A DNA stretch of 64,000 bases from Botryllus schlosseri. Lineage: Eukaryota. Position 1 is the first letter of the stretch. Every line of letters starts with the position of its first letter. Both the position numbers and the translations under genes were made by a program. Shown piece after piece: positions 50,574-64,000 of the stretch. The notes under the pieces were generated by a model. The model was given only the letters and a program-made list of their open reading frames with translations, did no database searches and was not told where the DNA came from. The stretch is from NCBI GenBank assembly GCA_051294905.1, contig CM119372.1, positions 33,916,001 to 33,980,000 on the forward strand, given 5' to 3'.

Positions 50574-51859
50574 CAGAGGTGGTCAGTAACGAAGTACTTC
50601 TACTTTTTAGAAGTACTCAAGTAGTTTTCCTCTACTTCTGGTACTTACTCAAGTAGATCTGATTTCCGCTACTTCTACTTCTACTTCGTAATATTTTGTG
50701 ATATACTTACTTACTTTTCGCTATTTTCAGTTTGTCAAGTAGAAGTAGCTTAATCCCCCAATACGAAAGATAGCCTGGTGAATTTCGGGGTTGTTTTCAC
50801 AGAGTACCAACATTTAATATTCATAAAAGTTGAGTAAAGCCCAAAACTTTTGTTGCGCTTCGCGCACAGTAGTTGGAGTGGCAACGGAGTGACAAATATG
50901 TTTTCACGAAAGTATCAGGGAATATACTTTAGGTAACGGATTGCTTGGTTCCGCTCACACCGTATTGTCGCCCGTATCAAATATTTCATCACAGTAAATA
51001 TGGACCACCATAACGTTTGAAACTACCGTTTCGCAATCGAGCAATTACCTATCATATCGTAATCTAGCAGCCTATGATGTGTCCTGTTAATCTGGAAAAT
51101 CCAGCTTTTTTCAACGTTACACCTGTTTTAGCAGATCACCTTCGAAGCTTTATGGACAAAAGACATGAAATATATTTTCCGCTTTTTAGGGGTGGTATTT
51201 GTATTTCACTTTCAATTCCGAGTATCATACTTTGAGTTTTAATTACTTTCAGTTCTTTTGTCTGCAGAACATACATGTTGAAGCATAAAAACAAGTGCAG
51301 TAATGCCTCTATTTTGCGAAAATAAAGCTACACTAAATATAAATTTTACGATCCACAATTATTATAGCGCGTACTAATCGCGCAAAGTGTTGAAACCGTA
51401 TCCGGTACGACTTCTCAGTATTGCTCTTCTCCTAAACTTGGTGCCTTATAGTATGGGGTAGGATGCCATGCCATTATATCCTCTAAAACGGGGTCTTCTA
51501 GTAAACAAAGGATTAGTATCGCATTTTCATATCAATACTAATTTGCGTCCCATGATGCGACAGAATACTTATTCTGTCGAATATTGATATCTCCGGCGAT
51601 GCATCAATACGAATCAAGCTCTCTGCACCTTCCGCATATCTCAATTTGCAGCTTTTGACAGTCCATGCGAACGAATTGAGACTGTTTTTAAAACTACTTA
51701 CTTACTTGAGTAGATTTAAAGTCAGTAAATTCTACTTCTACTTCAAGTAGTTTTAGGTGGCCTATGGAAAAAGTACTTCTACTCGTACTTGAGTAGATTT
51801 TTTCGTCGCTACTTCTACTTCTACTTGAGTAGCTTTCTTGACTACTTTGACCACCTCTG
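50574..51859. mobile_element. hAT non-autonomous family B, complete
   Basis: Same TIRs as 45283-46579; flanks ggtaaca(gt)c / ggtaacac. Confidence 0.92.
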
Positions 51860-52609
51860 GGTAACACACTATGAGCAGTGGTTTGGGTTAATAAAGCCAA
51901 CGATCCTGAGTTTCAACATTCCAACTGGAATGGCTGGATGAAGAGAATCAATGGTAATGATGCAAAACAGCGCGCACAGATCGAGTTCCTTCCAGTTATT
52001 GAAGGAGACCCTGATGACCTCAAAACCTTCTTCGCCAGTCTTAAAGAGTGCACACAGCGCGTTGGGGTAGCTATAGTGACCGTCGATCTTCCGATTCGAC
52101 AGAAGGCTATATATATAATGAAGCAGACAAATTTACCAGTCATTCCAAGGTTGAGTAGTTTTCACCTATTGAAATATTTTCTTGAACCAATTGGTGACAA
52201 CATCGAATATTCTGGGCTACTATAGATGTAATCCAGTTGATCTATGCTGGAAGCACAACAACCATCCACATCATGGATGGAGGATGTTTTGACAAGGCTA
52301 TCTATCAACATACCATGGAAATTGCCTTAACTGAGGATAAGCGTGGTGACATGAAATCCTTCATGGAAAAGGTGACTGGTGGGGAAATGGGAGCCAGACA
52401 CTGTGACCCAGTATTGCGAGGATTTGAGCGAAGGTTTGAAGAAACGTTCAATCGATTTGCAAAAAGAGGAAGAACACCTGCACTCTGGGTGGAGTGCCAA
52501 TACATGGTAGATATGCCCAATGTCTTTATCAGAACCGAGTGACACGCAGACCACAATGGGAATCTGTCCTGCATTGTTACCAAGATGCCTCACACCTGCA
52601 GGCCATCAT

Positions 52610-53209
52610 CAGCGGTTCTCAAACTTTTTTCGGCACGCCCCTTGATAAAAGATTTCGCCCCCCTCTTATCGTCATATCGAAAAGTGTTAAAAAGAGCAAC
52701 CAATGTTTGCAACCCAAATGCATTGTCTGGTGGCACGGGAGGTATTATGGCTGTTGAGACACTTCTCAAATATGTAGTTGCAGTTGAATAATTTATTAAA
52801 CATAACCATGTGCAATGATAACATGCAGCACATAGATATTTTAGCGATTTTGTTGCCTAACCCCTTCTATTACCCCACTTGATCATAGCTCAAACGGACC
52901 TGACCACAACCTAAATCAAAAACCAATGGCAGCTACATGCATTTACCAGTTACACTTCATTCAGGGACATCTTCTGATTAGTGCAAGATTCGGTATCACT
53001 CAAAATCTAGCATCAGTGTGTGGATGGTACGGCGGAATTATGACATTTCAAATCGAAATGCCTAATTAGGATTATTTCCGATGTTGAAACTGGAGGTTTC
53101 AGCACAAATTAAACTCATTCCGAGTTCAAGAAAATCATTTCTCTCAGGTGGCTTCGCGCCTCCCCTCAGATGCTTCCACGACCCCCCACCCCCAGTTTGA
53201 GAACCACTG
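52610..53209. mobile_element. hAT (Charlie-type) MITE
   Basis: TIR CAGCGGTTCTCAAAC / GTTTGAGAACCACTG; no clean TSD. Confidence 0.7.
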
Positions 53210-54785
53210 CATTAGAACGTCTTGCGGCCACGGGAACCACGTTGGTGAACCCGCAGAGGAAGAATGCGCAACAGCTTTTCTGGCCACAGATGTTGGGTGC
53301 CCACTCTCAGTCATCTGTCAGATGTCAACCGGCGAATGGAGGAGGACGTCAGTAGACATGTACTCGTTCACAGAGAGCTTACCAATACACAGATGAAGCG
53401 AGATGCAGGGGCCATTGAAGTTGTCCTAAAATGGTTTGAAGAAATGAAGCCATTCGTCAACGATGGATAAAAGAAGTTGCTCATGTATTTCTCAACTGGA
53501 TTCACAAGTATACGGTTGATGACGTAGTCGAAATACTGATGGAGCAGCTGAATTTAGGATGGCCATTGGCCATGCAGATCAACCTGGATGAAAAGTCAGT
53601 GACGCGCATGACTTCAAACAAGTCATATGACTCGAGACTCAGACGGCCAAGACCAACATTTAATGGTAATTTCGAAGAATAGTAAAGTAACCAAACTATT
53701 GGGATTTCGTCTAATAGTACTTGTACTTGAAAATGCGACGAGAAACTGCTGAAAGTGAGGAAAAATAGTATATTAGAAATGCGAACCATTCGATATCACC
53801 AAACAGAGTTATAAAAAAGGGGATTTAACATGGCTTTAACTGGAAACTGAGCAGTATCAACACAATGACTTGGATTCGGACTCGAGCCATATTACCATGA
53901 CTCGGAGTCAACCCTCTGCTCGCTGACTTGGACTCGGACTTGACTCGGTGGTGAATTGAAAATGAATCGACTTGACTCGAGTCAAAACTATAAAATTGAG
54001 ATTGACTTGTGACTCGGGGCCTTATGAGTTGGTTACAACCCTGGGTAAAAGCCCTGTCATCACAAAGAAAATGTTTTTTACCAGCAAAACATTCACATTG
54101 ACTCATTGAAGTTGTTCAACCGACTGATCATTTTCACCCAGCGGGATATGGATGTTGCGACAAGCTTACAGTATAAGTTCACTCCTTTCCCGCTGTCCCT
54201 ATGTTCAGCAACAAATCAGAAGATGAACAAGGCTACCAAGGCAAAATGTTCGAATACAACCTTGTAGGCCTTAACTGAACCACTTGATTCGACTAATCAA
54301 CCATGCTGGACCCTCATAATTGATGGTGGATGGCTTCTGTACATGGTGAAGTGGGGTCAACGTCAGACATGACAGGGAATTGCCAACAATTACCCAAGCT
54401 TCGTGCAGTATCTGGGCCGTTGCTTTCAGAATGTCATTGTGGTCTTTGATGGTTACAGCAGTTCACCAAAACATACAACATGTTCTCAAGGAAGACACCG
54501 ACAGGAGTGATAAAACCAGAGACACTACCTCTAACAGAGGGTGCAGCTTCATAACGTTCACTCCGCGAGTACCTGCAGACCCGAGATTTGATTCTTTTAC
54601 AGAACTTGTATCCGAACCCCAGCGATTACGGATGGACAATAGGCGTGCATAGATATGAGCCTGATGAGCTATTGCCGTTCAGAAGCTATAGTTGTCATAA
54701 AGATTGCAACAACCGAATATACAGCTGCAAGAAGAATGAGGTCACGTGCATTTCAGCCTGTGGAGTATGTAAAGACCCTATAATG

Positions 54786-56164
54786 CAGAGGTCTCAAACA
54801 CGCGGCCCGCGAGAGCATTTTGTGCGGCCCGCGACGACATTTTGGAATTTCAAGGATATGACACTATGACAGTATATTTAAGTGACGTATATCTTTTTTA
54901 GATATAACAACTTGAAGTTAACCCTAGAACTACTACAAAAATCACTGAAATCTCAACAAACTTCACTATCACATCACTACCATGCGGTAGAAGATCAGCT
55001 ATTACGTCACATTTCTAGTTCATGATGATAAAACATGACCCGATGATGATTCGTGACTAAAATTGTGATTTGGTTTGGTCCGCCCTTTCGCAAAATTACT
55101 CAATTTCGGATTGACGGGAGGATAAATAAAAATCACTCGAGTTGAGTTTGTTTGTATTTTTATTACCACATCATTTGGCGCTGATCGCGATTATAGTCAT
55201 TTGCGCCCAGTACATGAATTTTAGTAATGTCAGATGTCTTTTTTGCTTTTTCTCCTTCAACGTGATCTTTAGCTGCCATCTTTTAAGAGTTCGGCTCTCT
55301 CTTCCTCCGGGCTTTTGAAGGCGCTGTATTTACAGCGAGACGCCCAGATAAACCTCCGACACATAGAAACATGGCAGAGCCGAGACTCGAACCAGCAACC
55401 GTTGGTGTCGTGACCGCAGTGTTTTACCAACTGCGCCACCCGCTTCCCCACTCGAGTTGGGTCAAACATTAAAATCAGAAGACTTGCGACTCGGAACGGT
55501 GACTTGGAATATTGTATTGAAAATGGACAGGAGCTAGAAATCTTATTAGAAGCACAACGTGTGCGATCGCTAAAAACGTTAAGAAAGAATGCTATTACTA
55601 TGGTCAATAATGACTATATTTAGATTTGTTATTGATATGTTCCATTATTAATCGAAGGCAAAATCCAACGCTGATTTAATTTGACTTTGGCAATGGCAGT
55701 AACAATAGCCTACTTATCACGATTATATCAAGACCCGGATTAGGCTACACTGCTCAAATGCTCTGATATCAGATCAATCTTCAGTAGATTTTAAAATATT
55801 CTACATAAGATTTGTGGCACGTAAAAGGTCCACTAGCTGCAATATTATAACCCGACAGTTTTACGACTCATGATGCACCCTCTTGCATGATGTCTGTAAC
55901 TCATTATTCTAACAAACTATGCCAGGCACAAAACCAATTTATTCAAACATTAGAAATTATGTGATTTTTTCGTGTCAAGCGTGAATAGTACAATAGTAAA
56001 TTACATTTTCACGATGTTTGCGGAATGCTTGTCGGCAAGGTCCCGTCAAATAAGGCCTATTTTCAAATTCTGCATTGAATATTCCAATCCTTTATGCTGC
56101 GGCCCGCGGCGTCCTCAAAAACTAGGAAATTGGCCCGCGAGTACATTTGAGTTTGAGACCTCTG
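54786..56164. mobile_element. hAT (Charlie-type) non-autonomous element
   Basis: TIR CAGAGGTCTCAAAC / GTTTGAGACCTCTG; perfect TSD CTATAATG; GGCCCGCG subterminal motifs. Confidence 0.92.
55238..55449 (-). mobile_element. tRNA-derived SINE family 2 (related to 37745-37950)
   Basis: Minus strand: TGGCGCAGTTGG (A box), GGTTCGAGTCT (B box), TGTCGGAGGTTTA core, A-rich tail. Confidence 0.7.
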
Positions 56165-56725
56165 CTATAATGCAATAATTACATTTACGATGATGTTGAG
56201 TCCGAAGAAGGCATAGGCAATGCCTGTTGAAATGTCTGATATTGTGCATGTGAAATAGGCTACCTCTTCAGTGAACATAGCTATGCGAAATAAAGGCGAT
56301 TTTGTGCATGAATATAAAAGTGGGTGTGGCGTTTTTCACAAAGCAGAGCCTGTAGTGAATTATAAGTGCTAACAATTAATTGAGAATCATGGAAAACCAT
56401 TATTAAACACGTCCTAAGTTACTTATGGGCGATAAAGATTTTTTAATCTTTTTTAATTTTGTTTTTAATTCGTCAAATTTAACAGCTTTTTGGGGGGGTT
56501 TCCCATAAGAGTTAAACTTCAACATTTTAACACATGTTATTACACACCTTAACAAACATATTGGTAAAGAAATTGTTTGGTAACAATATAGTTCACAGAT
56601 TGTCATAAGTTTCCCTTACTATAAGTTCAATCGGGTGTATATTTGTAGCAAAAGTATTTTGCAACGGACTTTAAAAATCAGCTAAAATTTATATCAAAAG
56701 CTATGCGGATATGTAGCCTGTAGAC

Positions 56726-58665
56726 CAAGGGTCGGCAACCTACGGCCCGCCAAGCGAAATCGTCCGGCCCGCCGTTTCATAATGAGTTTCAATCTGCAGT
56801 GCAGCGCTGCATGAAAAAGTGCGGCATTGCTACGATATAATAGGCTTACCATACGTCCTCTTTTAAGAGGATTTGTCCTCTTTTTTGACTTTTTTGAAAG
56901 TGTTCTCGGAGGACGCCCTTTTGTCCTCTTTTTTGAGATTTAGAGCAGATTTAGAGCAAATTGCGAGTGATATGCCACATATTAGCACAGACGTGAAGCT
57001 CCGACGGGTGAAAAACGGTGATTTTAGCTCTGAGCAAAATAATGACCTTTTTTTTTTTTTTTTTTAGTCATCCACCTGGCAATGTGGGGAGAAAAACGGT
57101 ATTAAGAGATGACCTTTTTTTTTTTTTTTTTTTAGTTAACCAGTCACAAAGTGGGAAAAATTAACCGGTTTTTGAGAATTCTACTCCGATTTTGAAAGTT
57201 GGAAATTTATGAAAAAGTGTCCTCTTTTTTTGATTTGCAAAATATGGTAAGCCTACGATATAATAGTAGCCTACATCGTATTAGTCTATTGTTACGCCAT
57301 GCAACGAAGGTGGTTGAAGTAGGAGATGGAGATAGACTAGACTGGATCAGTGCTTATCAATCGGGTGTATCTCGCAACCGAAGGTGTTCCATACTTTAAA
57401 GGGTTGACCACTCTAACGGGGTGTGACAATAAAGGTGTTCTTCCTTTGCTTCAAAAACGCTTGGAACATCTCAGACGCAATGACGGAATCTCAAACTGTT
57501 CAATTATAGATAACTAGCCTCCGTATGTTAGTTAGCCTGTCTATAGTTTAATTTTCCAGAAGGCATTGTGTGCCAAGACAAAAAACCTGAATAGTGTTTT
57601 GGCCACAATGGTGAAAACTGTTAATATAATTTTTGTCTCATTAACTGAATCAGTTACGCCAGATATTACTAGAAGCAGAGAATGAATGTGGCGATGTCAT
57701 GTAGGTCTATATCTGTCATGTTCACTCATTAAGTCGAGCAGCTATGCTTACACGAGTGTATGAACTGAGAAATGAAATAGCAGCTTTCCAAATATCGCCG
57801 ACTCATAATCTTGTAATCGAAAATGGGTATCTCATCTTGCTTTCCTGGTACACTTAATGTCACATCTGAACAAGTTGAATTTGCAACTTCAGGGGGAAGA
57901 CAACTAAATACATGAGATGTTGAGGCGCATTCAAAACAAATCTGTGACTCTGGAAATGTCAACAGTACAAAGAAAATTATGCTCACTTTCCTATACTGGA
58001 GGAGAGAAAGCCTAGTACCAACACTACATTTGTAACTGTGATACGAAATTTAACTACTGAATATTCACCCGCTTTTCCGACATTCCTTCTCTACAAAATG
58101 AATTCTGACTATTCAGTACTCTGTTTAATGTGGACGCCAATACCATTGCCTGAAAATTTCAAATGGGCCTTTCTGAAATGCGATGCAGTTGAATTGAATG
58201 ACAAATTTCATACAAAGAGCATATCGCTGCATGGCTTTGACGAAGAGTACGTTCTTGAAATTGGTCTTTATCCCAGCTTTACCAGCAATGCAAAAGAAAT
58301 TGCATCGATTTTTGGAAGCACGTACGCATGTGAACAATAGTTTTGAACAATGAAATTCACGAAGAGCAAGCTAAGATCACGTATTTCGGACGTCCATTTT
58401 GAATAGGGTCTGATTCTTGTTTCATCTGACTTGTTACCAGAAGTTGAAAACCTTTCACCAGGCAAGCTGCGTCAATTGTCACAATTATTCTGTGTTGATG
58501 AAGTGTAAATACATGTGTCTTCTGATTGGTATGATTGAGATTGCAGCAATGTAGGATAATATACCGAAGTGAGCGTAAAATATAGTACTAAGAAAAATTC
58601 CGGCCCGCCAAAAAGTTGTACTCCCGAAATTTGGCCCGCGACTAGCAAAAGGTTGCCGACCCCTG
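56726..58665 (+). mobile_element. hAT element (SPIN/GTF2IRD2-like) with decayed transposase
   Basis: TIR CAAGGGTCGGCAACCT / AGGTTGCCGACCCCTG; perfect TSD CTGTAGAC; dimerisation motif IASIFGSTYACEQ*F*TMKFTKSKLRSRISD. Confidence 0.9.
56841..57255. mobile_element. hAT MITE (TAGGCTTACCATA), complete, nested
   Basis: TIR TAGGCTTACCATA / TATGGTAAGCCTA; perfect TSD CGATATAA. Confidence 0.95.
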
Positions 58666-58721
58666 CTGTAGACATATGACACAGTTCATTAGGGTTGTTC
58701 ATATGTTTCTAAAATGGTTTG

Positions 58722-59686
58722 GGGGAGATGTGGTACCGATGGATCAAAAATTGCAAAATGATCTCTGGCCCTCAAATCTTCAGCCGAGAATAGCGGATCT
58801 TTTGCTGTCTCAGCACTTTGATGCAAGCTCTAACTATCGCGGACATTTACATTGATATACCTTTTTTCAAAAAATATTTATAAACGTTTAAAATTTGTTG
58901 CTTGAACGTATCATCGGTCCCCACCCGGTGGGTTCAATGGCGCACGACCCTGATACCTAAGAGACATACGCCCAAAACTCAAATGTTTCAACTTGTTGTG
59001 TTGTGTTGTTTACTATAATCTAAGGTACAGCATGCCAATGAAGAATGTTTCGTCGCCACCTACGGGAAAAAATAGATTATATCAACTCAAATGTTGGGAT
59101 ACAATCACGTTTTGATTTCCGCCGAAACTTACAAAATTATTGCCACATACATATCACCGGAAAATCGACATTTTGACTTTCAAATACCTCGTAATAGTGA
59201 TAAAACACCCCAGGTAACTATGATTTACAGCCTCCATATATGTAGGCGTGTTTCTGTTGTTAAGTGATTAGTTGGTCCAACTATTTTGCTTGATTTGGCT
59301 GTGGTACCATAGGTCTGCCACCCTAAAAATATTGTAATTGAATTGAAAATAGTCCACTGGAGGATGGTATTGATTCAAAAAATATGTGCCATTATATACC
59401 CTGATACAAGCCCTATAATTCACATCACAAATTATTGCGAGTTTGTTAGTCTGGAAGGTGATATAGAAAAATGTATATGTTGATCCAAATTTACTTAGAA
59501 CCCCCTAAAACGTAAATTATTTGTCACCGACCCCATAAATCACGCAGGTCGAAGTTTTTTGCATGTAAGGAAAGATTCTGTCAGCATGCCATTGTAGACA
59601 AAGTCGCGTACTGTAATCATGGGATTATCACAGAGAATTTTTCAAGTATTTTCGGTCCCAGTGTCTCATCGGTACCACATCTCCCC
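58722..59686. mobile_element. Unclassified MITE
   Basis: 20-bp TIR GGGGAGATGTGGTACCGATG / CATCGGTACCACATCTCCCC; TSD unclear. Confidence 0.8.
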
Positions 59687-61346
59687 TACATATCACGATT
59701 CGTCGAAGGTTTTCAAGAGCGGATCACTTATGAGTGGGGCTTGGCACAATGAATCGAGAACTCGCATCTGAATCGAGTAGTAATTTTAATGATTCGAGCC
59801 GAGTAGTAAAAGACGATTTTTTCGAGTACTGAAATTATACGCTCCTCGCCACTGAAAGTTAATTTATCAACGAGAACTATAGTTTCGACACGGTTTTCCA
59901 CTGGTGGAAGCCTTGAAACATACGCAGCATACGAAACATATAGCACAAAGCTACGAACGTTACTGGAAATAACGCTTTTCCGAATGTCATGATCATCCCA
60001 CAACCTTATCACTCGGCGTCTCAAAAATAACGATCCACTTGTGACTACTCGAAGCAGTATTTTCGAGTCAATTACATGTCATTAAGTAATCGGTGTCGAC
60101 TAAATGGCTGTACCTGTACGGACCGTACATGTTCTCGACACGCTGATACGATCTGTGCGAGTATCCAGTCAGTCAACGATTGCGCACATATGGTTTTACC
60201 GAGCCTCTGTCGGTAAGTCACAAATAGATTGACCGCAAATAAAGTGGTTAGAGCAGAGGTGGGCAAACTTTTTAGCTCAAGGGCCGCATTCAACATATGA
60301 ATCCATTCGCGGGCCGCTCCAGAGTCACGGGATATTAAGTCAACACACATTTTCTTATTTGATTACATAACATATATTTGAAACAAACCAAATATTGATT
60401 TGATGATAACGCACACGCGTCAGAAAAGTTTAATGATATTGTATAGGCTGGCCATCCCCAATAATCAATTTGTCAAAATTAGGGATGGAAGTCGGTTGTG
60501 CCGACTTTTACAACAGGATAAAAATTTGAATTTGTGATCAGCGATCGGCTCATAGATTTGCTGATTTGCTTCAGAACACACAATGCTGACAGCGCCATAA
60601 CCATGTTACCTTTAAATACGCTTCAGCAAATGGTTTAGGTCACTGAGTTAAACTCTTTTTCCGAAGACTACATCAACATTATTACAGTTGTCTCAAACAC
60701 ATTAATTCGGTTGATCTATTTTGCACCTTATAATTTGATAAAGTGTGCCTATAATTAGGATATTCGGTTTCAAGTGGTGTTTGAAATTACAGCAACGATT
60801 TTATTATATGGCAAGTCACATATACATTGCGTTATCTTGACTCCGGAACAGAACTACTGTTCAGCCGGTTCTTTATTGATAGCACAGAATTCATTTTCAA
60901 CTTTTCGCAATTTAGATTACTTTGGACAACTCATTATGAGGCCGATGGTATGAATTATCTGTAGCTTACTGCACACATAGAGGACAAATCTATCTAACAC
61001 ATTCACGAATCCGTGTTTCCAAGTACAGCACTGCAAGTTCCAGTTGTCAATCTAAAATTACAAATGTTATCCGAATTCAGCCATTTCCGTTTAGATTTTC
61101 TGGGATGTTTAGCTATACCGAAATCTTCCAAAATGCATTGGCGCCCGAGGTTGGGCTACTGCGCCACAGCCATAAAATCAAAACATGCTATGGTAAGAAT
61201 GAAACAAATTAATATCATGATGAAATATATGAGGAAAAGTTTCATCAAGCTGCTGCACGAATTATATTCTTACTACGCATTTTATCAATATTTTCATCAT
61301 AAAGCTTCTTGGAGGAACAGAACTTCAATATACAATGAAATAGTAT

Positions 61347-61975
61347 ATTCATATTGAAGTGAACCCGAATATTTTCGGCTGAGACTCGTCAGGGGTAATC
61401 GTCAGCAACTAGTAGAGAATTTGAAAGAACATCGTATATCAACAATCGTATCTAGAAATATGACGTCCCAGCATGAAATGAGATCTCAAATAAGAGAGCG
61501 TTCAATGTACTATTTTAAGATGGTTCACGAACTCCTTTTGTTGACAAAGCTTGGGCTGATGTAGTTTGATAAAGGTCGACTCCAAGGCACACAGATGAAA
61601 GTGTGAGCGGCCCCTCCCGATGACACGACATCTGTCGTCTCGATAATTTTTTTGCACAGGCGGGATTATCCAGCAGATGCTCAAGGCTGCGGCATGCTTA
61701 AGTGGATGAGTCATAAGGGCGAGCTTTTCACCAAGCGTGATGCACGTGTTCTGATAAATCTAGGGACATGCTGGTTTATGCGTTCCTGCAAGCGCTTTGA
61801 TGTTCTTCCTACGCAACCACAATCAAAATGGCCCATAAATTCGTACACTACGTCACTTAGTTGAAGTGCAGGAAGCACGTCTTTACGTGTTGAAGGTAGC
61901 AGTTGCGTTGTCGTAAAAATACATTAGTTTTCAGTGTGTCGTAACACCATAACAGTCGAAAAGTTAAGTACGGTG
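61347..61975 (-). mobile_element. Penelope-like retroelement 3' fragment with GIY-YIG endonuclease remnant
   Basis: KDVLPALQLSDVVYEFMGHFDCGCVGRTSKRLQERINQHVPRFIR and HLCALESTFIKLHQPKLCQQKEFVNHLKIVH; 3' UTR with hammerhead. Confidence 0.85.
61363..61396 (-). ncRNA. Minimal type I hammerhead ribozyme motif (Penelope-associated)
   Basis: Minus strand ACCC-CTGACGA-gtctcagcc-GAAA-ATATTC-GGGT. Confidence 0.75.
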
Positions 61976-63330
61976 TTAACTGATCAAAACAACCTTCATC
62001 AGATTTCACCATATTCACAAGCCATACGCATTATTGTAGGATGCAGTTAGTAGTCAATCCTTTATTTAATGATACTTAAGAATGCAATGCCTGGAATACT
62101 GCCTTCAATCTGGCCGTGTTATAACACTTCGTGATATTTTGCTGCCTGCTCTAGATTACCGCAATGAAGAATTTGATGCACTCATTAAAATAAGACCAGG
62201 AATGGCGGAGTTTATTTGAGTAGCGGCATCGTCAAAGTTAGCCGGGACGATGTTATTGCTGGACACGAGACCCGATATATTTCTCGCCCTGATACAGTAG
62301 CAGTGTTGATGGATTAGTTGTGTTGCATTTATTATTTTCAATAAAACTATTGATTCACAATGAAGAATGAAGCATTTCAAATTGAAATCCTTTGAAACTA
62401 CCGGATGTGAATCTTGATCGGATGGTAATAACGACATGCGCAGGCAGGATTTTCCGTATACTTTTTCTGCAGAATCCCCATAGCAAATCGGACGAAATAT
62501 CTCTGCGGTGTTTCTCAGCTTCCTGAAAAGTGTAGTTGTGTTAGGAAATTACTTGGCAACGGACTCGCGGTTTCATCTTAATGAGGCTCATTCACCGATG
62601 CATCAAACTAGATGTTATAGTTCTGTAGTCATTTTCCTGTTCATATCTATGGTAAGACATCTCCAATGTATCATCATCCCGACGCGCTGATTGAAATCAT
62701 GGTAATGCTGTGATTCACTCTTATTCTGTTAGCACAAACTCTCCGTGATAGTTGCCATTCGAACTGGCTAACTCCATACTAACACCTGTGATTGATTGTG
62801 GCAAGATTCCTAATTGAAACGAGGTAATAATCCACCAAATTATACGTAGGCCGCTACCATACTGTATTTCATATGATTTAGACCAGTGGTCCTCAACCTT
62901 TTTCACCTCGCGGACCGGTAAAATTTCAAAAAATATTCGGCGGACCGGTGGACTTTCAAAAATGGAAATCAACTCAAAGCGTGCCGTATGCAACTGTTTT
63001 ATGCAAGTACATGGTGCTAGAGAGTGACATTTTGAGGATTTTGATCGTAATTAATTATGTTCATGATGGCATCTATCAGATTTTACCGTGGTAAGTCTGT
63101 TGAGTCGAGGTAAAATTGCCTTACCAAGATAAACCTGCTAACGCCGAGAGTCGTTTACAGTCTTTCGCACCGAAGGTCATGGATTTAACCGACCACGCTA
63201 ACTCGAATATCAATATTCTCTTCGACAATATCGAGAGAACAAGCGTTTCGGAGTCAAACCAAGCACCTTGTGCTACCTTGCTCATTGCCCACTACCATCA
63301 GTTGTAGGTTACTGTGGATATACCATGAAT

Positions 63331-64000
63331 TAGGGATGGTGTGAACGTAAGATTAACGTTCGCGGTCTGTGTGTCCACCTCAAAAATTTAGAGGTTCACG
63401 TTCACAAACGAACCTTCGTAGGTTCTACACTGTGAACCTTTTTCATATATTACAATTTTTCACATCTTTAACGTCATTGGTTGAAATTCTTTGCTTTTCA
63501 ACTTAGGGCCACTATGCATGACGCTGGTAATATAAAAAATCAACACTAATCGAGCATGCAACTGGCTAATTTTAAATATTTTACTTGCTTTGTTACAATA
63601 GTTTGCTCGAAATATCCAGCTTTCCGTTTGTGGATATTAGTGACTCTCTACTTTGAGCTTGACCCGCAATTGCACAACATCAAGAGCGAAATACGCTGTA
63701 GGTGGATAGCGAATTATTCTTCATTCCACCAATCAATAAAATTTATATAAAGAATACATCGCTGCTACTGCAAAAAATCTAACAAGCGTTGGGTATCCAT
63801 CTTGATTTTATATGTTTATTGTATCATAAAAACCAAATCCGTGCGATTGGGGTGCTGGCCACTGCATAACGTGTTGATGGGGTAATGTCGGAAGCAAGTA
63901 TACAAACCCGTTTTACACTCAGCTCAATATCAATATATCAATAGTCAGACGCCGAATACATTGTCTAGTCTGGCACATATCGTTAAGGCGTAAGCTTGTA
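63331..64000. mobile_element. hAT MITE (TAGGGATGGTGTGAAC family), runs off the window end
   Basis: Same terminus and interior as 13474-14315. Confidence 0.85.

Larger units (their letters stand above)
51860..56250 (+). pseudogene. Decayed Academ (AcademX-type) transposase: DDE-like region, XPG/PIN-like region, Cys-rich C-terminus; interrupted by MITEs
   Basis: Peptides FLPVIEGDPDD, IVTVDLPI..KA, IPRLSSFHLLKYFL..IG...SGL, IIDGGWLLYMVKW, VIVVFDGY, CHKDCNNRIYSCKKNEVTCISACGVCK in the expected order; family assignment from recalled domain architecture; termini not found. Confidence 0.65.

Overview
Animal (metazoan) genomic DNA, AT-rich and dominated by transposons. There is one host gene, an intronless HERC3/HERC4-type ubiquitin ligase (7689-10757, minus strand). 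The standout feature is a 13,413-bp element at 21384-34796 that is almost entirely one palindrome: two ~6.38-kb, near-identical inverted arms around a 660-bp spacer. It has Polinton/Maverick-type ends (AGTAGTAGT...ACTACTACT, exact 6-bp target duplication CACAAG) but no polymerase, integrase or capsid gene. It sits inside the reverse transcriptase of an otherwise intact CR1-group LINE, which is itself nested in two hAT elements. I interpret it as a non-autonomous copy-back (defective/satellite) Polinton mobilised in trans; this is inference. Also present: two Penelope 3' fragments, each with a minimal hammerhead ribozyme; a decayed Gypsy element with a mucin-like membrane-protein (env-like) frame; Academ, Sola1, CACTA and many hAT remnants/MITEs; two tRNA-derived SINE families; a 105-bp orphan 28S rRNA fragment; and an excess of TAGGCTA/TAGCCTA/TAGGCCTA micro-insertions in old DNA. 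All alignments and counts were made by eye.
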